Made by a program: the position numbers and the translations under genes. 64,000 nt of DNA, taken from the NCBI GenBank assembly GCA_034520965.1, contig JAXHMY010000005.1:34365-98364 (forward strand), given 5' to 3'. Below the pieces are notes generated by a model. That model did no database searches, was not told the DNA's origin, and saw nothing but the letters and a program-made list of their open reading frames with translations. Of the stretch, positions 1 to 8,514 are shown one piece after another (position 1 is the stretch's first letter; each line of letters starts with the position of its first letter). The DNA is from Spirochaetia bacterium (GTDB taxonomy: Bacteria; Spirochaetota; Spirochaetia; DSM-16054; Sediminispirochaetaceae).

Positions 1-488
1 ACTCCCGCAGAGACCCTGTCACTGACGGTTAAGACCCGGATCACAAAGTCCCGGGGATGATACTCTATATCCTGGCCGGTCTCGATAGTACCTCCCCGTA
101 TGACCCTGGCAAAGAGCCCTTCCTGGGGCATCACGCACTTTCCTACCTCTTTGAAAATTGCACAATCGTCGCCGTGACAGGTTTTGCCTATCTGGGTTAT
201 CTCAAGCTCAACTCCTCCAATGGTAAAGCGGTCGAGCACCGCCACCTCGTTCAGGTCGAGTCCCTCAATGGTGAGGTTCTCGCCGAACTCTCCGGGACCG
301 ATGTTCCTGTCCATTTGCTTCTCGAAGCGCTCAACGCTGGCTTGACCCAAAAGGCTTATCATCCGGTGCCAGTCTCCCGAGTGGGCATCCTCCTTGAGGC
401 CCTGTTCATACACTTCGGCTCGGTGGATAGGGGTTTTTACGGTGCCCTTACGCTCGGATATGTTGATCGATCCTAGGGTGATGCTCAT
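1..488 (-). CDS. MOSC-domain protein continuing into a MoaB/Mog-like domain (N-terminal part; runs off the left edge)
   Basis: Manual minus-strand translation from ATG at 488-486 gives [22 protein letters not shown]...[11 protein letters not shown]...[13 protein letters not shown] (MOSC-like). It then reaches [12 protein letters not shown], typical of a MoaB/Mog start. The ATG overlaps the moaC stop as ATGA. It is absent from the ORF track because the frame is open at the window edge. Confidence 0.6.
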   Translation of the reverse strand, partial: MSITLGSINISERKGTVKTPIHRAEVYEQGLKEDAHSGDWHRMISLLGQASVERFEKQMDRNIGPGEFGENLTIEGLDLNEVAVLDRFTIGGVELEITQIGKTCHGDDCAIFKEVGKCVMPQEGLFARVIRGGTIETGQDIEYHPRDFVIRVLTVSDRVSAG

Positions 489-968
489 TCTACAGCTTCC
501 TTTTTCTTTTCTAGCAGATAGATATTCTCCATTACCATAGAGGAGTCGACGGCCTTGCACATGTCGTAGACGGTAAGCAGCGCCAGGTTGACCGCCGTTC
601 AGGGCCTCCATTTCCACTCCTGTCTGTCCGGTGCAGCGAATGGTGGATTCTACCTGTACGCCCGTCTCGGTCAGTCGGCAGTGCACTTCAATGTGTGTGA
701 GGGGCAGGGGGTGGCACAGCGGAATAAGGGTATGGGTCTGCTTGGCCGCCTGTATGCCTGCAATTTGGGCTACCGTCAGCACATCGCCCTTTTTCATTTT
801 ATTTTCACGCACCAGTTCAACTGTTTCCGGGGCAATTCGTATAGAGCCGACGGCACGGGCACTGCGGTGTACCGGCACCTTCGCCCCCACATCCACCATG
901 CGCGCCTTTCCCGACTCATCCACATGGGATAGTCGCCCCTCTTGTTTTCGTTTTTCGCTTTCTTGCAT
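485..968 (-). pseudogene. moaC: cyclic pyranopterin monophosphate synthase MoaC with a 1-nt insertion near 592-597
   Basis: The frame from ATG 968-966 reads ...LIPLCHPLPLTH...[13 protein letters not shown]. After one extra G, the conserved tail [36 protein letters not shown] continues in the neighbouring frame and stops at 487-485. The uncorrected frame reads through into the downstream MOSC ORF. Confidence 0.75.
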
Positions 969-988
969 TTCGTCTCCTAAGTGCATGT

Positions 989-1792
989 TTATCCGCCTAT
1001 TCCGTAAAAGGTATTGCTGTTACTGACGATTCCCCGGGCAGGCTTTTCCCGCACCGCCGCAGATATGGCTTCCTCCACCCCCAGGCTGCGGGTGTCGTAG
1101 CCGGAGTCGCTAAATAGGCAGGGGTAAATGATCCCCCTGCTCGAGAGGCGCAGCCGATTACAGAGGGGGCAGTTACCGCCCTCTCCCCCCTCTACCACGG
1201 AAAACTCCCCGGAGCTGAGGTCCATCTGCCGGATAAATCGAACTTGAAACCCGTGTTCTTTTCCAAACTCGGCCACTCGCTTGGCCTCGGTTTTATCACC
1301 ATTGGGAGGGATTACAGTGTTCAGTTTAATGGGAAAGAGCCCCGCCTCGCGGGCGGCAAAAATTCCATCAAGCACGTCCTGCAGCTCTCCCCAGCGGGTA
1401 ATCTCCCGGTAGCGCTGCGGGTCAAGGCTGTCGAGACTTACGTTCACCCGCTGAAGCCCCGCCTTTTTAAGAGGGCCGGCCATCTTTGGCAGGAGGGCTC
1501 CATTGCTTGTCATTGCCAAGTCTTCTATTCCCTCTATCTCTGCAAGCATGGCAACTAAGTCGACGATGCCCCTGCGAACCAGGGGCTCACCCCCGGTGAG
1601 CCGCAGCTTTCGAATGCCGAGGGACACTGCGGTTCTCACTGCCGCGGTGATTTCCTCAAAGCTCATTACTTCGTGGTGAGGAATGAAGGGTACCCCCTCC
1701 TCGGGCATGCAGTAGATGCAGCGAAGATTACAGCGGTCGGTAACGGAGAGCCGGAGGTAGTCTATTTTGCGGTTAAAAGAGTCGTACAGCAC
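989..1792 (-). CDS. moaA: GTP 3',8-cyclase MoaA (radical SAM, short form)
   Basis: 267-aa ORF with the N-terminal CNLRCIYC radical-SAM cluster motif and a C-terminal GG tail. It lies between moeA and moaC. Confidence 0.85.
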   Translation of the reverse strand: MLYDSFNRKIDYLRLSVTDRCNLRCIYCMPEEGVPFIPHHEVMSFEEITAAVRTAVSLGIRKLRLTGGEPLVRRGIVDLVAMLAEIEGIEDLAMTSNGALLPKMAGPLKKAGLQRVNVSLDSLDPQRYREITRWGELQDVLDGIFAAREAGLFPIKLNTVIPPNGDKTEAKRVAEFGKEHGFQVRFIRQMDLSSGEFSVVEGGEGGNCPLCNRLRLSSRGIIYPCLFSDSGYDTRSLGVEEAISAAVREKPARGIVSNSNTFYGIGG

Positions 1793-3056
1793 GCAGGGCT
1801 CCTTTATCGAGGTGTTCTATTCCACGCTCAATCTTAATCAACCCCTCTGCCCGGGATATCGAATGGAAATGAGCCGATCCATGGTATTCGAGCAGTGTAA
1901 TTTGACCCTGTTCGTCTATGGTTACGGGAATCCATTCATCACGTTCGCTATTTCTGCGGTTAAATTCTTGTGCGAGAGTAGCGAAACTGCGGGGAGCACG
2001 GTAGATGCCGTGCATCAGACGGTAGAGGTAGGGTTTTACCAGTATTTCAAAGATTACGAAACAGGAGACGGGGTTGCCCGCCAAGCCGAACAGGTCTGCT
2101 TTATCTGAAACGGCAAAGGTAGTGGGCCGGCCCGGTTTTACCGCTACCCGATCGTACTGTATCGTAAATCCGTTTCTTTCGATTGCCTCCGGGCCAAAGT
2201 CGAAGTCGCCCATAGAGACACCGCCGCTCATTAGAATCAGGTCGTTCTCCGATTGGGCCTTTGCCAGGGTACTCTCCAGAGCCTGCGGGTCGTCGGGGAC
2301 GATTCCGTAATAGGTGGGAATTATTTCCATACGTGACAGTTGGGCTACAGCCTGGGGGGCATTGGCGTTACGAATCTGATGGGGCTCGGGTTTTTGCCCC
2401 GGTTCTACCACCTCGTTGCCGGTAGAGAGCAGCCCGACTTTGGGCAGCGCATATACCGAAACAGACCCGTATCCTACCGAAGCCAGCAAGGCGGTATGCT
2501 GAGGGCCGAGGAGGGTGCCCTGTGTAACGACTCGGGTTCCCAGGGGTACGTCCTCGCCGCGGGGGCTGAAGTTAGGGGGGTGGAACCCAGGATCGGAGCC
2601 GGTGTAGCGCACGTACATTTCAGCGGCGTCTTTAGGGTACTCTTTACTTTGTTCGACCATTATCACGGTATCAGCACCCTCGGGCAGAACCCCGCCGGTC
2701 ATTACCTTTACACAGCTGCCTTCTTCTACGGAGTGAAGGGCAGCATCGCCGGCGGAACTGGTTCCTATAAGGCGCAGAGGGCCGGGGAGGTCGCTTTTTC
2801 GACAGGCATAGCCGTCAACGGCTACTCTGTCGTAGGGGGGAAGGTTTCTGTCGGACAGTACGTCCTCGGCCAGTACCCGGCCGCAGCTCTTTCCCACTTC
2901 GACCGCTTCGACTGCCTGGGCATGTGTGCGGGTTTGTGGTTCTTGGCCTTGACCTTGGGCGGAAAATTTTGCTCGTTCTGCGGCCCTGTTCAGGGTGAGT
3001 TCAAATATTTCTGAAAAATCTCTTAGTGTGGCATCGTGTTTCTTTTTCACGCACAT
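1773..3056 (-). CDS. moeA: molybdopterin molybdenumtransferase MoeA
   Basis: 427-aa ORF with the MoeA N-terminal region and an MoCF-biosynthesis domain (LLSTGNEVVEPG ... LILMSGGVSMGDFDF). It overlaps the moaA start by 20 nt. Confidence 0.85.
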   Translation of the reverse strand: MCVKKKHDATLRDFSEIFELTLNRAAERAKFSAQGQGQEPQTRTHAQAVEAVEVGKSCGRVLAEDVLSDRNLPPYDRVAVDGYACRKSDLPGPLRLIGTSSAGDAALHSVEEGSCVKVMTGGVLPEGADTVIMVEQSKEYPKDAAEMYVRYTGSDPGFHPPNFSPRGEDVPLGTRVVTQGTLLGPQHTALLASVGYGSVSVYALPKVGLLSTGNEVVEPGQKPEPHQIRNANAPQAVAQLSRMEIIPTYYGIVPDDPQALESTLAKAQSENDLILMSGGVSMGDFDFGPEAIERNGFTIQYDRVAVKPGRPTTFAVSDKADLFGLAGNPVSCFVIFEILVKPYLYRLMHGIYRAPRSFATLAQEFNRRNSERDEWIPVTIDEQGQITLLEYHGSAHFHSISRAEGLIKIERGIEHLDKGALRAVRLF

Positions 3057-3148
3057 CTACTCCATCGCAAAGTCGTTTTATTGCAATAACGCCTTGTTCG
3101 GAATAGAAAAGCAGAAAGAGAGATTGGGCGGGGACACTCTTAGCTACA

Positions 3149-3240
3149 GCTCCTTTCCGAACATGGGAGGTCATACCCTTTCGAGTATGGCCCATTGGAT
3201 TCGCACCATGGCCAAAGGCGGTAGGCGACGAACCTTCAGA
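3149..3240 (-). promoter_or_regulatory. Moco-type riboswitch upstream of moeA-moaA-moaC
   Basis: The minus-strand RNA contains CCUUUGGCC...GGCCAUACUCGAAAGGGUAUGACCUCCCAUGUUCGGAAAGGAGC. This matches my recollection of the E. coli moaA leader blocks (UUUGGCC, CUCGnAAAG, GCCUCCC-n6-GGAAAGG). A near-identical 3' block sits upstream of tupA. Confidence 0.6.
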
Positions 3241-3255
3241 GCGTTATAAAATGTG

Positions 3256-3264
3256 ATTATAACA
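3256..3264 (-). promoter_or_regulatory. possible extended -10 promoter element (TGTTATAAT) for the riboswitch-moeA transcript
   Basis: The reverse complement of 3256-3264 is TGTTATAAT, about 15 nt upstream of the riboswitch 5' end. No good -35 element is seen. Confidence 0.3.
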
Positions 3265-3355
3265 CTAAAGTATTTTGAAGAAAAGAGGATTGCTAAAAAT
3301 CTTATTCTTGCCTCCTCACCCGAACCATATTATCCGAACCGTATCATCCGAGCTT

Positions 3356-4426
3356 TTAGTAAAGCCTTATCGAAGAAGCCTTAAAAGAAAGGTATACTTT
3401 ATCGCCCGGTGAAAGTGCAAGCTCTTCCAGAGATTTGCGGGTAATTCTAGAGGTAATGAGTCTGCCTTCTACATCTAACGTAACATCTACCAGGCCGGGG
3501 GAGTTCCAGCTGCTCTGCTCCGGCCCATCATACGCCGTGAACGAATATACGGTTCCCTTAAAACAGTTCTGCGCAGAGGAGTGCAGAGGCTCGTCGGAGA
3601 GGAGGATCCGATCGTAGTCAATTACGGCGGTGGTAAAATGGCCATCGATGTCGGGGCAAAAAATTGCAGGTCTTCCAGGCGGTCCCCCAGGCGGTTCACA
3701 GACCTGAAATATTCGGTTGCCGGCTTTAGCCGAACTCATATGCCCCTTTAATATATTTTGTCCGGTGGGTACCAGGCGTCCATCCTCTAACTTGATCAGG
3801 GTATCGCCCATCCGGTAGGCGAAGGGGAGGTTGTGGCTGCTGATAATAATGGTACAACCGTAATCTCTTTGTATAGCCGCAAGGAGCTGTTCTAATTTAC
3901 CGATGCTGTCTTTATCTATGCTCGAGGTAGGTTCGTCTAGCAGCAGCACCTCCGGTTCTACCGCCAGGGCCCGGGCTATGGCAACTCTCTGCGCTTCTCC
4001 GCCGGAGAGGGCTGAGCTCCTTTTCCGCTCAAATCCCTGCAGGCCCACCACTTTTAATGTGCGGTGCACCCGCTGTTGCACCTCACGGTGGGAGAACTTC
4101 CGCAATTTTAGACCGTATGCAACGTTGCTGTAGACGGTACCGGAAAACAGGAGGGGGTTCTGGTGCACATAGACCGTTCTTTGCCGCAGGGTACTACCGG
4201 TAAGTATATCCTCGTCTTGAAAGCAGATGCTGCCTTTGGTCGGAAGGAGGAGCCGGTTCATCAGTTTTAACAGGGTTGTTTTTCCAGAACCGTTCGAGCC
4301 CAACAATACGTAAATTTTTCCTGCGTTTATCTCGAGCCGGTCAATTTCCAGCACCGCGGGAGCTTTTTTACCTCGATACTCGGCGGTGTAGCTAAAGCGT
4401 AAACCTTCTATTGAAAATAGGGCCAT
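3356..4426 (-). CDS. tupC: ABC transporter ATP-binding protein with a C-terminal TOBE/Mop-like domain (tungstate/molybdate type)
   Basis: 356-aa ORF with Walker A GSNGSGKTT, signature LSGGEAQRV and Walker B LLLDEP, plus a C-terminal extension of about 120 aa. It is the last gene of the tupA-tupB-tupC arrangement. Confidence 0.7.
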   Translation of the reverse strand: MALFSIEGLRFSYTAEYRGKKAPAVLEIDRLEINAGKIYVLLGSNGSGKTTLLKLMNRLLLPTKGSICFQDEDILTGSTLRQRTVYVHQNPLLFSGTVYSNVAYGLKLRKFSHREVQQRVHRTLKVVGLQGFERKRSSALSGGEAQRVAIARALAVEPEVLLLDEPTSSIDKDSIGKLEQLLAAIQRDYGCTIIISSHNLPFAYRMGDTLIKLEDGRLVPTGQNILKGHMSSAKAGNRIFQVCEPPGGPPGRPAIFCPDIDGHFTTAVIDYDRILLSDEPLHSSAQNCFKGTVYSFTAYDGPEQSSWNSPGLVDVTLDVEGRLITSRITRKSLEELALSPGDKVYLSFKASSIRLY

Positions 4427-4431
4427 AAGGG

Positions 4432-5115
4432 CTATACCTCCGGTTTTACAAGCATATGAGTTGTCCCGTTGATAAGCAGGGCAACTGTCATCAGAATGAG
4501 TCCCAGAGACAGCCCCAGCTCGAAATTCCCCTTGCTCGTTTCCAGGGCAATAGTGGTAGTCATGGTTCTGGTATACCAGCGGATGTTCCCGCCCAGCATC
4601 ATCGAGACGCCGACTTCTCCAATTACACGGCCGAATCCGGCGAGGACGGCAGAAATTATTACGAATCTGGCCTCGGTCAATGAAGCCCGGAGAATATCGG
4701 CTTTCCGGGCCGCAAGGGTAATGAGGGTCTCGTGGAAACGTGGGTCGAGCTTTGAAAGGCCGGAATACACCAGTGAGGTGAGGATCGGCGATGCCAGAAT
4801 TACCTGCCCGATGATTATTCCGGAGGGATTAAAGAGGAGATTGAGCTGGCCGAGAGGCCCGGACCTTGAGATAAAAGAGAACACCAGCAGCCCGATCACC
4901 ACCGTCGGCAGGGCCATCAGGGCATGGAGGATCGATACAAGTGCCCGTTTCAAGGGGAATGAATAGAAGTGCAGCAGAATACCCAGGGGGATGCTGATGA
5001 ACGAGGCAATTAAAATTGAAATGAGGGAAAATCGCAAAGAGGTAAGGGCGATAAAGTAGAGCTCCTTATCGCCCGATAAAATGAGACTGAGCGCCTCTGC
5101 AAATACGGTATCCAT
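4432..5115 (-). CDS. tupB: tungstate-type ABC transporter permease
   Basis: Multi-pass membrane ORF. I place the start at MDTVFAEAL (ATG 5115-5113), one nt after the tupA stop, rather than at the track start of 5160. Confidence 0.7.
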   Translation of the reverse strand: MDTVFAEALSLILSGDKELYFIALTSLRFSLISILIASFISIPLGILLHFYSFPLKRALVSILHALMALPTVVIGLLVFSFISRSGPLGQLNLLFNPSGIIIGQVILASPILTSLVYSGLSKLDPRFHETLITLAARKADILRASLTEARFVIISAVLAGFGRVIGEVGVSMMLGGNIRWYTRTMTTTIALETSKGNFELGLSLGLILMTVALLINGTTHMLVKPEV

Positions 5116-5116
5116 C

Positions 5117-5989
5117 TTATTCTGCATCCGGCAGTGCGTCCGGATAGAACAGTTGTTCACCTGCCTTCTTAAAATCGCCGATTAGCTGCTGTGCTTTTTT
5201 GCCGACCATCCAGTTTACCAAGGCCATTGCCCCCTCGTAGTTGATGTGGTCATGGAGTTCGGGATTCACAGAGATAATGCCGTAGGGGTTGTAGAGCAGG
5301 GGATCTCCCTCGAAGAGGATCTGCGTTTTGAGCGTGTCCTGCATTGCGATGAAGGAGCCTCTATCGGCCAGGGTGTATCCGCCCATATCGTTGCTTATGG
5401 TAATAACAGCTCCCATCCCCTGGCCTGCCTCTTTGTACCACTGGCCCGCCGGTTCGATACCCGCCCTCTGCCAAAGACTCTGTTCTTTGAAGTGAGTTCC
5501 GGAATTGTCTCCCCGGGAGACAAAGTTAGCTTCGGCGGCGGCAATTTTTCCCAGGGCTTCCGCAGCTGTCTCTGAAGCACCCACTTCGGCGGGATCCTTC
5601 TTAGGACCGAGGATGATAAAATCGTTGTGCATTACATCTTTCCGATGTACCCCGTATCCCCCTCGAGCAAATTTATCTTCTTTGTCCCTGGCGTGGACCA
5701 GCACTACATCAACATCGCCACTCTCTCCAAGTTTCAGGGCGGCCCCGGTTCCTACCGCTATTACATCTACCTGGTAAGCGGTGTCGGCCCTAAATTCAGG
5801 AAGCAAGTAGGCCAACAGACCGCTGTTTTCAGTACTGGTGGTGGTGGCCAATTTAATGCGCTGAGCCTTTTCAGTTTCGGGGGATTGCTGTTGTTCCGAG
5901 GACTCTTGGGAACCTGAGGCTCCCAGATGCGTGATTCCAACTAGCCCAATTAGGACCAGAAGTACAAGTACGATACTTCGCTTGATCAT
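5117..5989 (-). CDS. tupA: periplasmic tungstate-binding protein (TupA-like)
   Basis: Signal peptide MIKRSIVLVLLVLIGLVG, then ATTTSTENSGLL, the TTTS anion-binding motif of the TupA family. The track start at 6061 would run through the riboswitch, so I use ATG 5989-5987, preceded by GGAAAGGAG. Confidence 0.75.
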   Translation of the reverse strand: MIKRSIVLVLLVLIGLVGITHLGASGSQESSEQQQSPETEKAQRIKLATTTSTENSGLLAYLLPEFRADTAYQVDVIAVGTGAALKLGESGDVDVVLVHARDKEDKFARGGYGVHRKDVMHNDFIILGPKKDPAEVGASETAAEALGKIAAAEANFVSRGDNSGTHFKEQSLWQRAGIEPAGQWYKEAGQGMGAVITISNDMGGYTLADRGSFIAMQDTLKTQILFEGDPLLYNPYGIISVNPELHDHINYEGAMALVNWMVGKKAQQLIGDFKKAGEQLFYPDALPDAE

Positions 5990-5992
5990 GTT

Positions 5993-6090
5993 ATTCTCCT
6001 TTCCAAACACGGGAGGTCGGTGTATTTCTTCACCGGCCCATCGGCCTGTTACCTTAGGCAAGTTACCCTTAGGTATACGGCTCGGAGTTT
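5993..6090 (-). promoter_or_regulatory. Moco/Tuco-type riboswitch directly upstream of tupA (RBS-sequestering type)
   Basis: The minus-strand RNA reads ACUCCGAGCCGUAUACCUAAGGGUAAC...AGGCCGAUGGGCCGG...CCGACCUCCCGUGUUUGGAAAGGAGAAUAACAUG. It has the CUCCGAGCC and CCUCCC-n6-GGAAAGG blocks, and GGAAAGGAG doubles as the tupA RBS. Confidence 0.7.
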
Positions 6091-6096
6091 TTTTAA

Positions 6097-6174
6097 GAAC
6101 ATTGTCCTTAGAACGTTGTCCTTAGAACGTTGTCCTTAGAACGTTGTCCTTAGAACGTTGTCCTTAGAACGTTG
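6097..6174. repeat. 14-bp tandem repeat, about 5.6 copies (GAACGTTGTCCTTA; first copy GAACATTGTCCTTA)
   Basis: Read directly. Copies are at 6097-6110 (variant), 6111-6124, 6125-6138, 6139-6152 and 6153-6166, with a partial copy at 6167-6174. Confidence 0.95.
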
Positions 6175-6289
6175 AGGATAGCCGGGGCCAAGGTAGTGTG
6201 TCAAGGAAAAATTGGAGTGGAAGTTGGAGTGCTGGAATAACAGAAAGAATCATATTGACTACACAAACTTAGGCCAGTAAACTAATTAT

Positions 6290-6517
6290 ATGAAGACCAT
6301 AAACACTCATGAAGCAAAAACTCATCTTTCCCGAATTCTGGAGGAAGTGGAAAAGGGGGAAGTCTACATTATAAGCCGGAACGGGGTGCCTGTGGCAGAG
6401 CTTCGAAAGCGTTCGAATCGGCCCCGGAGCAAGACAGACCCTGTTCTTTCCAGGTTGCAGATCAACTATGATCCTCTGGAGGATCTGGATGAGGAAGAGT
6501 GGGGTAACATTGAATGA
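6290..6517 (+). CDS. type II antitoxin, Phd/YefM-like
   Basis: 75-aa ORF beginning MKTINTHEAKTHLSRILEEVEKGEVYIISRNGVPVAEL, the typical Phd/YefM N-terminus. Its stop overlaps a downstream ATG as ATGA. Confidence 0.75.
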   Translation: MKTINTHEAKTHLSRILEEVEKGEVYIISRNGVPVAELRKRSNRPRSKTDPVLSRLQINYDPLEDLDEEEWGNIE

Positions 6518-6587
6518 TTATCCTAAAAGTCCGGTAGTAACTGCAGACCGCCGCTTCGCCGAATACGGGATCCAGGTGCTGCTCTAA
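6514..6587 (+). pseudogene. remnant of a PIN-domain (VapC-like) toxin with an internal deletion
   Basis: The ATG at 6514 gives MIILKVR then a stop. A neighbouring frame gives VVTADRRFAEYGIQVLL*, a typical VapC C-terminus. Only about 25 codons remain of an expected 130. Confidence 0.5.
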
Positions 6588-6719
6588 CGGGGTGTACCGA
6601 CCTTGTATAATTAAGAGATTATGGGTAAAAAAGGAAAGATGAAATATTCTAAAATAATCGGTGTATAAGCATATGTACAGTACTTATGTTGAAGGTCGCG
6701 CCCCCACAAGGAGTTCTAC

Positions 6720-7982
6720 ATGCTGTTGTTTGAAAAACCGCTCTACCGGCTGATGGCGGCCAGTTTGGGAGTGTTCGCACTGGTCGGTCTGCTGAGTGAC
6801 GGTTTTGCCGGGTCCCTGCAGGGCTTTATCCGTTTGCAGCAGCATCCGGCCCGACTGATAAACGACTTTACCGTGGTGGGCGGCATCGGCGGGGCTATGC
6901 TGAACGCCGTCCTGATGGGCCTTATAGCGCTGCTTATTATCCGCATCAATAATATTCGGCTCTCCGGGCCAACTGTGGCCGCGATTTTTACCATCATCGG
7001 CTTCAGTCTGTTTGGCAAGACCCCGCTCAACGCCCTTCCGGTGATAGCTGGGGTGTATCTGGCGGCCAAGCTGGTGGGAAAGTCGTTTAAGAGCTACATC
7101 CTGATTGCTTTGTTCGGCACGGCCATGGGCCCGCTGGTGACCTTTCTGGTGTATGAGGCGGGGTTTACAGGGCCCGCGGCGCTGTTGATGGGAATGGCGG
7201 GCGGCTTGGCCGCGGGGCTGCTGTTGCCTGCAGTGGCGGTGGCTATGCTCAAGCTGCACGAGGGCTACAATATTTACAACATCGGCTTTACCAGCGGTTT
7301 CATTGGGTTGTTCGCTGCTGCTCTTCTGGCCGCCGGAGGGCGGGATATCGACATCCGGGTAATATGGAACGACCAGCCCTCGATACAGCTTATCCTGCTG
7401 GTCCCTGTGCTGTGTTTTCTGTTTATCGGCTGGGGAGTTGCGATGGACCGCACGCAAACCCTTAGGAATTTTAAAAAAATCTTAAAGCAGACCGGCCGCT
7501 TGCCCTCCGACTTCATGGAGATAGCTTCTCCCGGTTCGGCCCTGGTCAATGCGGGGCTGCTGGGGCTGGCAGCCTGTGCCTACCTGCTGCTTGTCGGTGC
7601 CGATTTTAACGGGCCGATTATAGGGGGGCTGCTTACGGTTATAGGCTTTGCCACTTTTGGAAAACACCTTAAAAACTGCTGGCCCGTGGCGCTGGGTGTA
7701 ATTGCGGCCACCCTGCTGTTTGGAAAGTCGCTTACCGCCCCCGGCCCTGTACTGGCACTGCTGTTCGGCACCACCCTGGCGCCCCTGGCCGGAGAGTTCG
7801 GCATGTATGTCGGCTTTGCCGCCGGGTTTACCCACCTGCTGATTGTAGAGCGAACCGCTGCCTGGCACGGAGGCCTTGATCTGTACAACAACGGCTTTGC
7901 CGGCGGACTCACAGCAACCTTCTTTGTGGCTATTATTGAATGGATAGATTCTAATAGAAAAAGCAATTCGAATTTTAGATAG
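6720..7982 (+). CDS. polytopic membrane protein of unknown function (possibly DUF1576-like)
   Basis: 420-aa ORF that is hydrophobic throughout, with roughly 10-12 predicted TM segments. The family assignment is from memory only. Confidence 0.6.
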   Translation: MLLFEKPLYRLMAASLGVFALVGLLSDGFAGSLQGFIRLQQHPARLINDFTVVGGIGGAMLNAVLMGLIALLIIRINNIRLSGPTVAAIFTIIGFSLFGKTPLNALPVIAGVYLAAKLVGKSFKSYILIALFGTAMGPLVTFLVYEAGFTGPAALLMGMAGGLAAGLLLPAVAVAMLKLHEGYNIYNIGFTSGFIGLFAAALLAAGGRDIDIRVIWNDQPSIQLILLVPVLCFLFIGWGVAMDRTQTLRNFKKILKQTGRLPSDFMEIASPGSALVNAGLLGLAACAYLLLVGADFNGPIIGGLLTVIGFATFGKHLKNCWPVALGVIAATLLFGKSLTAPGPVLALLFGTTLAPLAGEFGMYVGFAAGFTHLLIVERTAAWHGGLDLYNNGFAGGLTATFFVAIIEWIDSNRKSNSNFR

Positions 7983-8008
7983 TGCAATGCACTATCTAAA
8001 ATTCGAAT
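7966..8008. repeat. perfect 21-bp inverted repeat overlapping the stop codon of the 6720-7982 gene
   Basis: ATTCGAATTTTAGATAGTGCA (7966-7986), a single A, then TGCACTATCTAAAATTCGAAT (7988-8008). No U-run follows it. Confidence 0.9.
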
Positions 8009-8119
8009 GCCTCTATACGTTTAGAGTTGCAAAATTGTGCTAAGAAAATGAAGCAAATTCAAAATTTGAAAGTTCATAAACTTCCAAATTTTGAATTGCT
8101 GTAACCAAAAGGAAAAGAG

Positions 8120-8491
8120 ATGAAAAAAGACTACATACTGCACTTAATAAGTGAAATTTCCAACTACATTTTAGAGTCCGACCCCTCGCGAATGGTGATA
8201 TCCCTGCATCAGGAGTCCGACGGACTGCACCTGGCTGTCTTCGATGATCATGAACGATCGGATGAGGATATAGAGGATATCTCAAAAGCCCTTAATACCG
8301 GCGCCAGGCCGGAGCTCTCCGAGTATTACGGCTCTATGGGGGGGACGGACCTGGTGGGAGCGGCCAGACTCAACTTGATCGGATGGCAGATCAAGCGGGC
8401 CGATGTAAGCAGAATCGACAAGGGCACTCAGATCGACCTGTGGATAGGCAGCAACCGCTTCGATTCATCCAAGTTTAACATCCCCGACTAA
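8120..8491 (+). CDS. hypothetical acidic 123-aa protein
   Basis: An ORF with a plausible RBS (AAAGGAAAAGAG) upstream. It has no motif I can name; there is only a faint GHKL-ATPase-like feel (LHLAVFDD ... GTQIDLWIG). Confidence 0.45.
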   Translation: MKKDYILHLISEISNYILESDPSRMVISLHQESDGLHLAVFDDHERSDEDIEDISKALNTGARPELSEYYGSMGGTDLVGAARLNLIGWQIKRADVSRIDKGTQIDLWIGSNRFDSSKFNIPD

Positions 8492-8514
8492 AGGCCGCCG
8501 AAAAGCCGCCGGCA

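Noticed and set aside
6097-6174. Possible CRISPR array; the same question applies to the 12-bp repeat at 23210-23268.
   Set aside because: The units are directly abutting 14-bp and 12-bp tandem copies with no spacers. They are far shorter than CRISPR repeats, and no cas genes are present.
6684-7457. Long antisense ORFs in the ORF track, such as 6684..7457(-), 57..476(+), 588..1026(+), 2340..3014(+), 10269..10946(+), 16852..17526(-) and 24084..24644(+).
   Set aside because: Each lies opposite a gene with clear family motifs. Each has a low-complexity, Arg/Pro/Gly-rich composition typical of shadow frames in G+C-rich DNA. None has a recognisable motif or RBS.
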